Source: Eledone cirrhosa
Lineage: Eukaryota
Length of the DNA: 64,000 nucleotides
Assembly (NCBI GenBank): GCA_964016885.1
Contig: OZ024744.1
Location: 128,588,001 to 128,652,000 of the forward strand
Reading direction: 5' to 3'
Shown here: positions 33,921-45,900 of the stretch, piece after piece
Layout: every line of letters starts with the position of its first letter
Numbering within the stretch: position 1 is the first letter of the stretch
Program-made: the position numbers and the translations under genes
The notes under the pieces: generated by a model
Databases searched by the model: none
The model's input: the letters and a program-made list of their open reading frames with translations, nothing else
What the model was told of the DNA's origin: nothing

Positions 33921-36900
33921 AAGTTAAGTTTGGGTTAAGGTTGGGGTTAAATTAAGTTGGGGTTAAGTTAAGTTGGGGTTAAGTTAAGTTGGGGTTAAGT
34001 TAAGTTGGGGGTAAGTTAAGTTGGGGTTAAGTTAAGTTCGGGTTAAGTTAAGTTGGTGTTAAGTTAAGTTGGGGCTGAGTTAAGTTGGGGCTAAGTTAAG
34101 TTGGGTCTAAGTTAAGTTGGGGTTAAGTTAAGTTGGGGTTAAGTTAAGTTGGTTTTAAATTAAGTTGGGGTTAAATTAAGTTGGTGTTAAGTTAAGTTGG
34201 GGTTAAGTTAAGTTGGGGTTAATTAAATTGGGGTTAAGTTAAGTTGGGGTTAAGTTAATTGGGGTTAAATTAAGTTAGGGTTGAGTTAAGTTGGGGTTAA
34301 GTTAAGTTGGGGTTATATTAAGTTGGGGTTAAGTTAAGTTGGGGTTAAGTAAAGTTGGGGTTCAGTTAAGTTGGGGTTAAGTTAAGTTAGGCTTAACTTA
34401 AGTTGGGGTTAAGTTAAGTTGGGGGTGAGTTAAGTTGGGGGTAAGTTAAGTTGGGGTTAAGTTAAGTTGGGGTTAAGTTGGGGTTAAGTTAATTTAGGGT
34501 TAAGTTAAGTTGGGGTTGAGTTAAGTTGGGGTTAAGTTAAGTGGTGGTTATGTTAAGTTGGGGTTAAGTTAAGTTGGGGTTAATTTAAATTGGGGTTAAT
34601 TTAACTTTGTGGTTAAGTTAATTTGGGGTTAATTTAAGTTGGGGTTAAGTTAAGTTGGGGTTAATTTAATTTGTGGTTAAGTTAAGTTGGGGTTAAGTTA
34701 AGTTGGCGTTGAGTTAAGCTGGGGTTAAGTTAAGTTGGGGTTAAAATAAGTTGGGGTTAATTTAAGTTGGGGCTGAGTTAAGTTGGGGTTAAGTTGGGGT
34801 TGAGTTAAGTTGGGGTTAAGTTAAGTTGGGATTAAGTTAAGTTGGGGTTAAGTTAAGTTCGGGTTGAGTTAAGTTGGGGTTAAATTAAGTTGGGGTTAAT
34901 TTAAGTTGGGGTTAAGTTAAGTTGGGGTTAAGATAAGTTGGGGTTAAGTTAAGTTGGGGTTAAGTTAAGTTGGGGTTGAGTTAATTTGGGGTTAAGTTAA
35001 GTTGGGGTTAACTTAAGTTGGGGTTAAGTTAAGTTGGGGTTAAGTTAAGTTGGGGGTAAGTTAAGTTGGGGGCAAGTTGAGTTGGGGTTAAGTTAAGTTG
35101 GGGTTAAGTTAAGGTGGGGGTAAGTTAAGTTGGGGGTAAGTTAAGTTGGGGTTAAGTTAAGTTGGGGTTAAGTTAAGTTGGGTTTGAGTTAAGTTGGGGC
35201 TAAGTTAAGTTGGGGCTAAGTTAAGTTGGGGCTAAGTTAAGTTGGGGCTGAGTTAAGTTGGGGTTAAGTTAAGTTGGGGTTGAGTTAAGTTGGGGTTAAC
35301 TTAAGTTGGGGTTAAGTTGGGGTTAAGTTAAGTTGGGGTTAAGTTAAGTTGGGGGTTAGTTAAGTTGGGGGCAAGTTAAGTTGGGGTTAATTTAAGTTGG
35401 GGTTAAGTTAAGTTGGGGTTATGTTAAGTTGGGGTTAAGTTAAGTTGGGGTTAAGTTAAGTTGGGGGTAAGTTATGTTGGGGTTAAGTTAAGTTGGGGGT
35501 AAGTTAAGTTGAGGGTAAGTTAAGTTGGGGTTAAGTTACGTTGGGGTTAAATTAAGTTGGGGTAAGTTAAGCCGGGGGTAAGTTAAGTTGGGGTTAAGTT
35601 AAGTTGGGGTTAAATTAAGTTGAGGTTAAGTTAAGTTGGGGTTAAGTTAAGTTGGGGGTAAGATAAGTTGGGGCTAAGTTAAGTTGGGGCTAAGTCAAGT
35701 TGGGGTTAAGTCAAGTTGAGGTTAACTTAAGTTGGGGTTAAGTTAAGTTGGGGTTAAGTTAAGTTGGGGTTAAGGTAAGTTGGGGTTATGTTAAGTTGGG
35801 GCTAAGTTAAGTTGGGGCTAAGTTGGGGCTAAGTTAAGTTGGGGCTGAGTTAAGTTGGGGTTAAGTTAAGTTGGGGTTGAGTTAAGTTGGGGTTAAGTTA
35901 AGTTGGGATTCAATTAAGTTGGGGTTAAGTTACGTTCGGCTTGAGTTAAGTTGGGGTTAAGTTAAGTTGGGGTTAATTTAAGTTGGGGTTAAGTTAAGTT
36001 GGGGTTAAGATAAGTTGGGGTTAAGTTAAGTTGGGGTTAAGTTAAGTTGGAGTTGAGTTAATTTGGGGTTAAGTTAAGTTGGGGTTAACTTAAGTTGGGG
36101 TTAAGTTGGGGTTAAGTTAAGTTGGGGGTAGGTTAAGTTGGGGGCAAGTTAAGTTGGGTTTAAGTTAAGTTGGGGTTAAGTTAAGTTGGGGGTAAGTTAC
36201 GTTGGGGTTAAGTTAAGTTGGTGTTAAGTTAAGTTGGGTTTAAGTTAAGTTGGGGCTAAGTTAAGTTGGGGCTAAGTTAAGTTGGGGCTGAGTTAAGTTG
36301 GGGGTAAGTTAAGTTGGGTGTGAGTTAAGTTGGGGTTAAGTTAAGTTGGGGTTCAGTTCAGTTGGGGTTAAGTTAAGCTGGGGTTAAGTTAAGCTGGGGG
36401 TATGTTAAGTTGGGTGTCAGTTAAGTTGGGGTTAAGTTAAGTTGGGGTTAAGTTAAGTTGGGGTTAAGTTAAGTTGGGGTTAAATTAAGTTGGGGTTAAG
36501 TTAAGTTGGGGTTAAGTTAAGTTGGGGTTAAGTTAAGTTGGGGTTAAGTTAAGTTGGAGTTAAGTTAAGTTGGGGTTAAGCTAAGTTGGGGTTCAGTTAA
36601 GTTGGGGTTAAGTTAATTTGGGGTTAAGTTAAGTTCGGGTTGAGTTAAGTTGGGGTTAAGTTAAGTTGGGGTTAAGTTAAGTTGGGGTTAAGTTAAGTTG
36701 GGGTTAAGATAAGTTGGGGTTAAGTTAAGTTGGGGTTAATTTAAGTTGGGGTTGAGTTAATTTGGGGTTAAGTTAAGTTCGGGTTGAGTTAAGTTGGGGT
36801 TAAGTTAAGTTGGGCTTAACTTAAGTTGGGGTTAAGTTAAGTTGGGGTTAAGTTAAGTTGGGGTTAAGTTAAGTTGGGGGTAAGTTAAGTTGGGGGCAAG

Positions 36901-39900
36901 TTGAGTTGGAGTTAAGTTAAGTTGGGGTTAAGTTAAGGTGGGGGTAAGTTAAGTTGGGGGTAAGTTAAGTTGGGGTTAAGTTAAGTTGGGGTTAAGTTAA
37001 GTTAAGTTTAAGTTAAGTTGGGGCTAAGTTAAGTTGGGGCTGAGTTAAGTTGGGGTTAAGTTAAGTTGGGGTTGAGTTAAGTTGGGGTTAACTTAAGTTG
37101 GGGTTTAGTTGGGGTTAAGTTAAGTTGGGGTTAAATTAAGTTGGGGGTTAGTTAAGTTGGGGCAAGTTAAGTTGGGGTTAATTTAAGTTGGGGTTAAGTT
37201 AAGTTGGGGTTATGTTAAGTTGGGGTTAAGTTAAGTTGGGGTTAAGTTAAGTTGGGGGTAAGTTAAGTTGGAGTTAAGTTAAGTTGGGGGTAAGTTAAGT
37301 TGAGGGTAAGTTAAGTTGGGGTTAAGTTAAGTTGGGGTTAAATTAAGTTGGGGGTAAGTTAAGTTGGGGGTAAGTTAAGTTGGGGTTAAGTTAAGTTGGG
37401 GTTAAATTAAGTTGAGGTTAAGTTAAGTTGGGGTTAAGTTAAGTTGGGGTAAGATAAGTTGGGGGTAAAATAAGTTGGGGCTAAGTTAAGTTGGGGCTAA
37501 GTCAAGTTGGGGTTAAGTCAAGTTGAGGTTAACTTAAGTTGGGGTTAAGTTAAGTTGGGGTTAAGTTAAGTTGGGGTTAAGGTAAGTTGGGGTTATGTTA
37601 AGTTGGGGCTAAGTTAAGTTGGGGCTAAGTTAAGTTGGGGCTGAGTTAAGTTGGGGTTAAGTTAAGTTGGGGTTGAGTTAAGTTGGGGTTAAGTTAAGTT
37701 GGGATTAAGTTAAGTTGGAGTTAAGTTAAGTTGGGGTTAAGTTAAGTTCGGCTTGAGTTAAGTTGGGGTTAAGTTAAGTTGGGGTTAAATTAAGTTGGGG
37801 TTAAGTTAAGTTGGGGTTAAATTAAGTTGGGGTTCAGTTAAGTTGGGGTTAAATTAAGTTGGGGTTAAGTTAAGTTGGGGTTAAGTTAATTTGGAGTTAA
37901 GTTAAGTTGGGGTTAAGCTAAGTTGGGGTTCAGTTAAGTTGGGGTTAAGTTAATTTGGGGCTGAGTTAAGTTGGGGTTAAGTTAAGTTCGGGTTGAGTTA
38001 AGTTGGGGTTAAGTTAAGTTCGGGTTAAGTTAAGTTGGGGTTAAGATAAGTTGGGGTTAATTTAAGTTGGGGTTAATTTAAGTTGGGGTTGAGTTAATTT
38101 GGGTTTAAGTTAAGTTGGGCTTAACTTAAGTTGGGGTTAAGTTGGGGTTAAGTTAAGTTGGGGTTAAGTTAAGTTGGGGGTAAGTTAAGTTGGGGGCAAG
38201 TTAAGTTGGGGTTAATTTAAGTTGGGGTTAAGTTAAGTTGGGGGTAAGTTACGTTGGGGTTAAGTTAAGTTGGGGTTCAGTTAAGTTGGGTTTAAGTTAA
38301 GTTGGGGCTAAGTTAAGTTGGGGCTAAGTTAAGTTGGGGCTGAGTTAAGTTGGGGGTAAGTTAAGTTGGGTGTGAGTTAAGTTGGGGTTAAGTTAAGTTG
38401 GGGTTCAGTTCAGTTGGGGTTAAGTTAAGCTGGGGTTAAGTTAAGCTGGGGGTATGTTAAGTTGGGTGTAAGTTAAGTTGGGGTTAAGTTAAGTTGGGGT
38501 TAAGTTAAGTTGGGGTTAAGTGGGGGTTAAATTAAGTTGGGGTTAAGTTAAGTTGGGGTTAAGTTAAGTTGGGGTTAAGTTAAGTTGGGGTTAAGTTAAG
38601 GTGGAGTTAAGTTAAGTTGGGGTTAAGCTAAGTTGGGGTTCAGTTAAGTTGGGGTTAAGTTAATTTGGGGTTAAGTTAAGTTCGGGTTGAGTTAAGTTGG
38701 GGTTAAGTTAAGTTGGGGTTAAGTTAAGTTGGGGTTAAGTTAAGTTGGGGTTAAGATAAGTTGGGGTTAAGTTAAGTTGGGGTTAATTTAAGTTGGGGTT
38801 GAGTTAATTTGGGGTTAAGTTAAGTTCGGGTTGAGTTAAGTTGGGGTTAAGTTAAGTTGGGCTTAACTTAAGTTGGGGTTAAGTTAAGTTGGGGTTAAGT
38901 TAAGTTGGGGTTAAGTTAAGTTGGGGGTAAGTTAAGTTGGTGTTAAGTTAAGTTGGGGTTAAGTTAAGTTGGGGTTAAGTTAAGTTGGGGTTAAGTTAAG
39001 TTGGTTTTAAATTAAGTTGGGGTTAAATTAAGTTGGTGTTAAGTTAAGTTGGGGTTAAGTTAAGTTGGGGTTAATTAAGTTGGGGTTAAGTTAAGTTGGG
39101 GTTAAGTTAATTGGGGTTAAATTAAGTTAGGGTTGAGTTAAGTTGGGGTTAAGTTAAGTTGGGGTTATATTAAGTTGGGGTTAAGTTAAGTTGGGGTTAA
39201 GTAAAGTTGGGGTTCAGTTAAGTTGGGGTTAAGTTAAGTTAGGCTTAACTTAAGTTGGGGTTAAGTTAAGTTGGGGGTGAGTTAAGTTGGGGGTAAGTTA
39301 AGTTGGGGTTAAGTTAAGTTGGGGTTAAGTTGGGGTTAAGTTAATTTAGGGTTAAGTTAAGTTGGGGTTGAGTTAAGTTGGGGTTAAGTTAAGTGGTGGT
39401 TATGTTAAGTTGGGGTTAAGTTAAGTTGGGGTTAATTTAAATTGGGGTTAATTTAACTTTGTGGTTAAGTTAATTTGGGGTTAATTTAAGTTGGGGTTAA
39501 GTTAAGTTGGGGTTAATTTAATTTGTGGTTAAGTTAAGTTGGGGTTAAGTTAAGTTGGCGTTGAGTTAAGCTGGGGTTAAGTTAAGTTGGGGTTAAAATA
39601 AGTTGGGGTTAAGTTAAGTTGGGGTTGAGTTAAGTTGGGGTTGAGTTAATTTGGGGTTAAGTTGGGGTTAACTTAAGTTGGGTTTAATTTAAGTTGGGGT
39701 TAAGTTAAGTTGGGGTTATAATTAAGTTGGGGTTAAGTTAAGTTGGGGGTAAGATAAGTTGGGGTTAAGTTAAGCTGGGGCTAAGTTAAGTTGGGGCTAA
39801 GTTAAGTTGGGGCTAAGTTAAGTTGGGGTTAAGTTAACTTTGGGTTAAGTTAATTTGGGTTTGAGTTAAGTTGGGGTTAATTAAGTTGGGGTTAAGTTAA

Positions 39901-42900
39901 GTTGGGGTTAAGTTAAGTTGGGGTTAAGTTAAGTTGCGGTTAAGTTAAGTTGATGTTAAGTTAATTTGGGGTTAAGTTAAGTTGGGGTTAAGTTAAGTTG
40001 GGGTTAAGTTAAGGTAGGGTTAAGTTAAGTTGGGGTCAACTTAAGTTGGGGTTAAGTTAAGTTGGGGTTAACTTAAGTTGGGGTTAAGTTAAGTTGGGGT
40101 TAATTTAAGTTGAGGTTAAGTTAAGTTGGTGTTAAGTTAAGTTGGGGCTAAGTTAAGTTGGGGCTGAGTTAAGTTGGGGCTGAGTTAAGTTGGAGTTAAG
40201 TTAAGTTGGGGTTGAGTTAAGTTGCGGTTAAGTTAAGTTGGGGTTAAGTTAAGTTGGGGTTAAGTTAAGTTGGGGTTTATTTAAGTTGGGGTTCAGTTAA
40301 TTTGGGGTTAAGTTAAGTTTGGGTTAAGTTGGGGTTAAATTAAGTTGGGGTTAAATTAAGTTGGGGTTAAGCTAATTTGGGGTTAAGTTAAGTTGGGGTT
40401 AATTTAAGTTGGGGTTAAGTTAAGTTGCGGGTAATTTAAGTCGGGGTTAAGTTAAGTTGGGGTTAAGTTAAGTTGGGGTTAAGTTAAGGTGGGGTTTAGT
40501 TAAGTTGGGGTTAAGTTAAGTTGGGGGTAAGTTAAGTTGGGGGTAAGTTAAGTTGGGGGTAAGTTAAGTTGGGGTTAAGTTAAGTCGGGGTTAAGTTAAG
40601 TTGGGGTTAAGTTAAGTTGGGGTTAATTTAAGTTGGGGTTAAGTTAAGTTGGGGGTAAGTTAAGTTGGGGGTAAGTTAAGTTAGGGTTAAGTTAAGTTGG
40701 GGTTGAGTTAAGTTGGGGTTAAGTTAAGTTGGGGTTATGTTAAGTTGGGGTTAAGTTAAGTTGGGGTTAAGTTAAGTTGGGGTTAAGTTAAGTTGCGGTT
40801 AAGTTAAGTTGGGGTTAAATTAAGTTGGGGTTAAGTTAAGTTGGGATTAAGTTAAGTTGGGGTTAAGTTAAGTTGGGGTTAAGTTAAGTTGGGGTTAAGT
40901 TAGATTGTTGTTAAGTTAAGTTGGGGTTAAGTTAAGTTGGGGTTAAGTTAAGTTGGGGTTAATTTAAGTTGGGGTTAAGTTATGTCGGGGTTAAGTTGAG
41001 TTGGGGTTAAGTTAAGTTGGGGTTAAGTTAAGTTGGGGTTAAGTTAAGTTGGGGTTAAGATAAGTTGGGGTTAAGTTAAGTTGGGGTTAAATTAAGTTCG
41101 GGTTAAGTTAATTTGGGGTTGACTTAAGTTGGGGTTAACTTAAGTTGGGATTAAGTTAAGTTGGGGTTAAGTTAAGTTGGGGTTAAATTAAGTTCGGGTT
41201 AAGTTAAGTTGGGGTTAAGTTAAGTTGGGGTTAAGTTAAGTTGGGGTTAAGTTAGGTTGGGGTTAAGTTAAGTTGGGGGTAAGTTAAGTTGGGGTTAAGT
41301 TAAGTTGGGGGTAAGTTAAGTTGGGGGTAAGTTAAGTTGGGGTTAATTTAAGTTGGGTCGAATTAAGTTGGTGTTAAGTTAAGTTGGGGTTAAGTTAAGT
41401 TGGGGTTAAGTTAAGTTGGGGTTAAGTTAAGATGGGGTTTAGTTAAGTTGGGGTTTAGTTAAGTTGGGGTTACGTTAAGTTGGGGGTAAGTTAAGTTGGT
41501 GGTAAGTTAAGTTGGGGGTAAGTTAAGATGGGGTTAAATTAAGTTGGGGTTAAGTTAATTTGGGGTTGACTTAATTTGGGGTTGACTTAAGTTGGGGTTA
41601 ACTTAAGTTGGGGTTAAGTTAAGATGGGGTTTAGTTAAGTTGGGGTTAAGTTAAGTTGGGGTTTAGTTAAGTTGGGGTTAAGTTAAGTTGGGGTTAAGTT
41701 AAGTTGGTGGTAAGTTAAGTTGGGGGTAAGTTAAGTTGGGGGTAAGTTAAGTTGGGGTTAATTTAAGTTGGGTCGAATTAAGTTGGTGTTAAGTTAAGTT
41801 GGGGTTAAGTTAAGTTGGGGTTAAGTTAAGTTGGGGTTAAGTTAAGTTGGGGGTAAGTTAAGTTGGGGGTAAGTTAAGTTGGGGTTAATTTAAGTTGGGT
41901 CGAATTAAGTTGGTGTTAAGTTAAGTTGGGGTTAAGTTAAGTTGGGGTTAAGTTAAGTTGGGGTTGAGTTAAGTCGGGGTTAAGTTAAGTTGGGGTTATG
42001 TTAAGTTGGGGTTAAGTTAAGTTGGGGTTAAGTTAAGTTGGGGTTCAATTAAGTTGCGGTTAATTTAAGTTGGGGTTAAGTTAAGTTGGGGTTAAGTTAA
42101 GTTGGGGTTAAGTTAAGTTGGGGTTAAATTAAGTTGGGGTTAAATTAAGTTGGGGTTAAGTTAAGTTGGGGTTATGTTAAGTTGGTGTTAAGTTAAGTTG
42201 GGGTTAAGTTAAGTTGGGGTTAAGTTAAGTTGGGGTTAAGTTAGGTTGGTGTTAAGTTAAGTTGGGGGTAAGTTAAGTTGGGGGTAAGTTAAGTTGGTGT
42301 TAAGTTAAGTTGGGGTTAAGTTAAGTTGGGGTTAAGTTAAGTTGGGTTTAAGTTAAGTTGGGGCTAAGTTAAGTTAGGGCTAAGTTAAGTTGGGGTTAAG
42401 TAAAGTTAGGGCTAAGTTAAGTTGGGTTAAGTTAAGTTGGGGTTAATTTAACTTGGGGTTACATTAAGTTGAGGTTAAGTTAAGTTGGTGTTAAGTTAAG
42501 TTGGGGTTAATTTAAGTTGGGGTTAATTAAGTTGGGGTTAATTTAAGTTGGGGTTAAGTTAAGTTGGGGTTAATTTCAGTTGGGGTTGAGTTAAGTTGGG
42601 GTTAAGTTTAGTTGGGGTTAATTTAAGTTGGGGTTGAGTTAAGTTGGGGTTAAGTTAAGTTGGGGTTAAGTTATGTTCGGGTTAAGTTAAGTTGCGGCTA
42701 AGTTAAGTTGGGTCTAAGTTAAGTTGGGGTTAAGTTAAGTTGGGGTTAAGTTAAGTGAGGGTTAATTTAAGTTGGGGTTATTTTAAGTTGGGGTTAAGTT
42801 AAGTTGGGGTTAAGTTAGGTTGGTGTTAAGTTAAGTTGGGGGTAAGTTAAGTTGGGGGTAAGTTAAGTTGGTGTTAAGTTAAGTTGGGTTTAAGTTAAGT

Positions 42901-45900
42901 TGGGGCTAAGTTAAGTTAGGGCTAAGTTAAGTTGGGGCTGAGTTAAGTTGGGGTTAAGTTAAGTTGGGGTTGAGTTAAGTTGGGGCTAAGTTAAGTTGGG
43001 GTTTAGTTAAGTTGGGGTTAAGTTAAGGTGGGGTTAAGTTAAGTTGGGGTCAACTAAAGTTGGGGTTAAGTTAAGTTGGGGTTAACTTAAGTTGGGGTTA
43101 AATTAAGTTGGGGTTAAGTTAAGTTGGGGTTAAGTTAAGTTGGGGTTAAGTTAAGTTGCGGGTAATTTAAGTTGGGGTTAAGTTAAGTTGGGGTTAAGTT
43201 AAGTTGGGGGTAAGTTAAGTTGGGGGTAAGTTAAGTTGGGGTTAAGTTAAGTTAGGGTTAAGTTAAGTTGGGGTTGAGTTAAGTTGGGGTTAAGTTAAGT
43301 TGGGGTTATGTTAAGTTGGGGTTAAGTTAAGTTGGGGTTAATTTAAGTTGGCGTTAAGTTAAGTTGCGGTTAAGTTAAGTTGGGGTTAAATTAAGTTGGG
43401 GTTAAGTTAAGTTGGGATTAAGTTAAGTTGGGGTTAAGTTAAGTTGGGGTTAAGTTAGATTGTTGTTAAGTTAAGTTGGGGTTAAGTTAAGTTGGGGTTA
43501 ATTTAAGTTGGGGTTAATTTAAGTTGGGTCTAATTAAGTTGGGGTTAAGTTAAGTTGGGGTTAAGTTAAGTTGGGGTTAAGTTAAGTTGGGGTTAAGTTA
43601 AGTTGCGTTTACGTTAAGTTGGGGGTAAGTTAAGTTGGTGGTAAGTTAAGTTGGGGGTAAGTTAAGATGGGGTTAAGTTAAGTTGGGGTTAATTTAATTT
43701 GGGGTTAAGTTAAGTTAGGGTTAAGTTAAGTTGGGGTTGAGTTAAGTCGGGGTTCAGTTAAGTTGGGGTTATGTTAAGTTGGGGTTAAGTTAAGTTGGGG
43801 TTAAGTTAAGTTGGGGTTCAATTAAGTTGCGGGTAATTTAAGTTGGGGTTAAGTTAAGTTGGGGGTACGTTAAGTTGGGGGTAAGTTAAGTTGGGGTTAA
43901 GTTAAGTTGGGGTTAAGTTAAGTCGGGGTTAATTTAAGTTGCGGTTAAGTTAAGTTGGGGTTAAGTTAAGTTGGGGTTAAGTTAAGTTGGGATTAAGTTA
44001 AGTTGGGGTTAAGTTAAGTTGGGGTTGAGTTAAGTTGGGGTTAAGTTAGATTATTGTTAATTTATTTTGGGGTTAAGTTAAGTTGGGGTTAAGTTAAGTT
44101 GGGGTTAATTTAAGTTGGGGTTAAGTTAAGTGGGGGTTAAGTTGAGTTGGGGTTAAGTTAAGTTGGGGTTAAGTTAAGTTGGGGTTAAGATAAGTTGGGG
44201 TTAAGTTAAGTTGGGGTTGAGTTAAGTTCGGGTTGAGTTAATTTGGGGTTAACTTAAGTTGGGGTTAACTTAAGTTGGGGTTAAGTTAAGTTGGGTTTAT
44301 GTTAAGTTGGGGATAAGTTAAGTTGGGGTTAAGTTAAGTTGGGGTTCAATTAAGTTGCGGTTAATTTAAGTTGGGGTTAAGTTAAGTTGGGGTTAAGTTA
44401 AGTTGGGGTTAAGTTAAGTTGGGGGTAAGTTAAGTTGAGGGTAAGTCAAGTTGGGGTTAAGTCAAGTTGGGGTTAAGTTAAGTTGGGGTTAAGTTAAGTT
44501 GGGGTTGAGTTAAGTTGGGGTTGAGTTAAGTTGGGGTTAAGTTAAGTTGGGTGTAAGTTAAGTTGGGGTTAAGTTAAGTTGGGGTTAAGTTAAGTTGGGG
44601 TTAAGTTAAGTTGGGGGTAAGTTAAGTTGGGGGCAAGTTAAGTTGGGGTTAAGTTAAGTTGGGGTTAAGTTAAGTTGGGGTTAAGTTAAGTTGGGGTTAA
44701 GTTAAGTTGGGGTTAAATTAAGTTGAGGTTAAGTTAATTTGGGGTTAAGTTAAGTTGGGGTTAAATTAAGTTGGGGGTAAGATAAGTTGGGGCTAAGTTA
44801 AGTTGGGGCTAAGTCAAGTTGGGGTTAAGTCAAGTTGAGGTTAACTTAAGTTGGGGTTAAGTTAAGTTGGGGTTAAGTTAAGTTGGGGTTAAGGTAAGGT
44901 GGGGTTAAGTTAAGTTGGGGTTAAGTTAAGTTGGGGTTAAGTTAAGTTGGGGTTAAGTTAAGTTAGGGTTAATTTCAGTTGGGGTTATGTTAAGTTGGGG
45001 TTAAGTTAAGTTGGGGTTAAGTTAAGTTGAGGTTAAGTTAAGTTGGAGTTAAGTTAAGTTGGGGTTAAGCTAAGTTGGGGTTAAGTTAATTTGCGGTTAA
45101 GTTAGGTTGTGGGTTAAGTTAAGTTGGGGTTAAGTTAAGCTGGGGTTAAGTTAGGGTAAGTTAAGTTGGGGTTAAGTTAAGTTGGGGTTAAGTTAGGTTG
45201 GGGTTAAGTTAAGTTGGGGTTAAGTTAAGTTGGGGTTGAGTTAAGTTGGGGTTGAGTTAAGTTGGGGTTAAGTTAAGTTGGGGTTAAGTTAAGTTGGGGT
45301 TAAGTTAAGTTGGGGTTAAGTTAAGTTGGGGTTAAGTTAAGTTGGGGGCAAGTTAAGTTGGGGTTAATTTAAGTTGAGGTTAAGTTAAGTTGGTGTTAAG
45401 TTAAGTTGGGGCTAAGTTAAGTTGGGGCTGAGTTAAGTTGGGGCTGAGTTAAGTTGCAGTTAAGTTAAGTTGGGGTTGAGTTAAGTTGCGGTTAAGTTAA
45501 GTTGGGGTTAAGTTAAGTTGGGGTTAAGTTAAGTTGGGGTTTATTTAAGTTGGGGTTCAGTTAATTTGGGGTTAAGTTAAGTTTGGGTTAAGTTGGGGTT
45601 AAATTAAGTTGGGGTTAAATTAAGTTGGGGTTAAGCTAATTTGGGGTTAAGTTAAGTTGGGGTTAATTTAAGTTGGGGTTAAGTTAAGTTGCGGGTAATT
45701 TAAGTCGGGGTTAAGTTAAGTTGGGGTTAAGTTAAGTTGGGGTTAAGTTAAGGTGGGGTTTAGTTAAGTTGGGGTTAAGTTAAGTTGGGGGTAAGTTAAG
45801 TTGGGGGTAAGTTAAGTTGGGGGTAAGTTAAGTTGGGGTTAAGTTAAGTCGGGGTTAAGTTAAGTTGGGGTTAAGTTAAGTTGGGGTTAATTTAAGTTGG

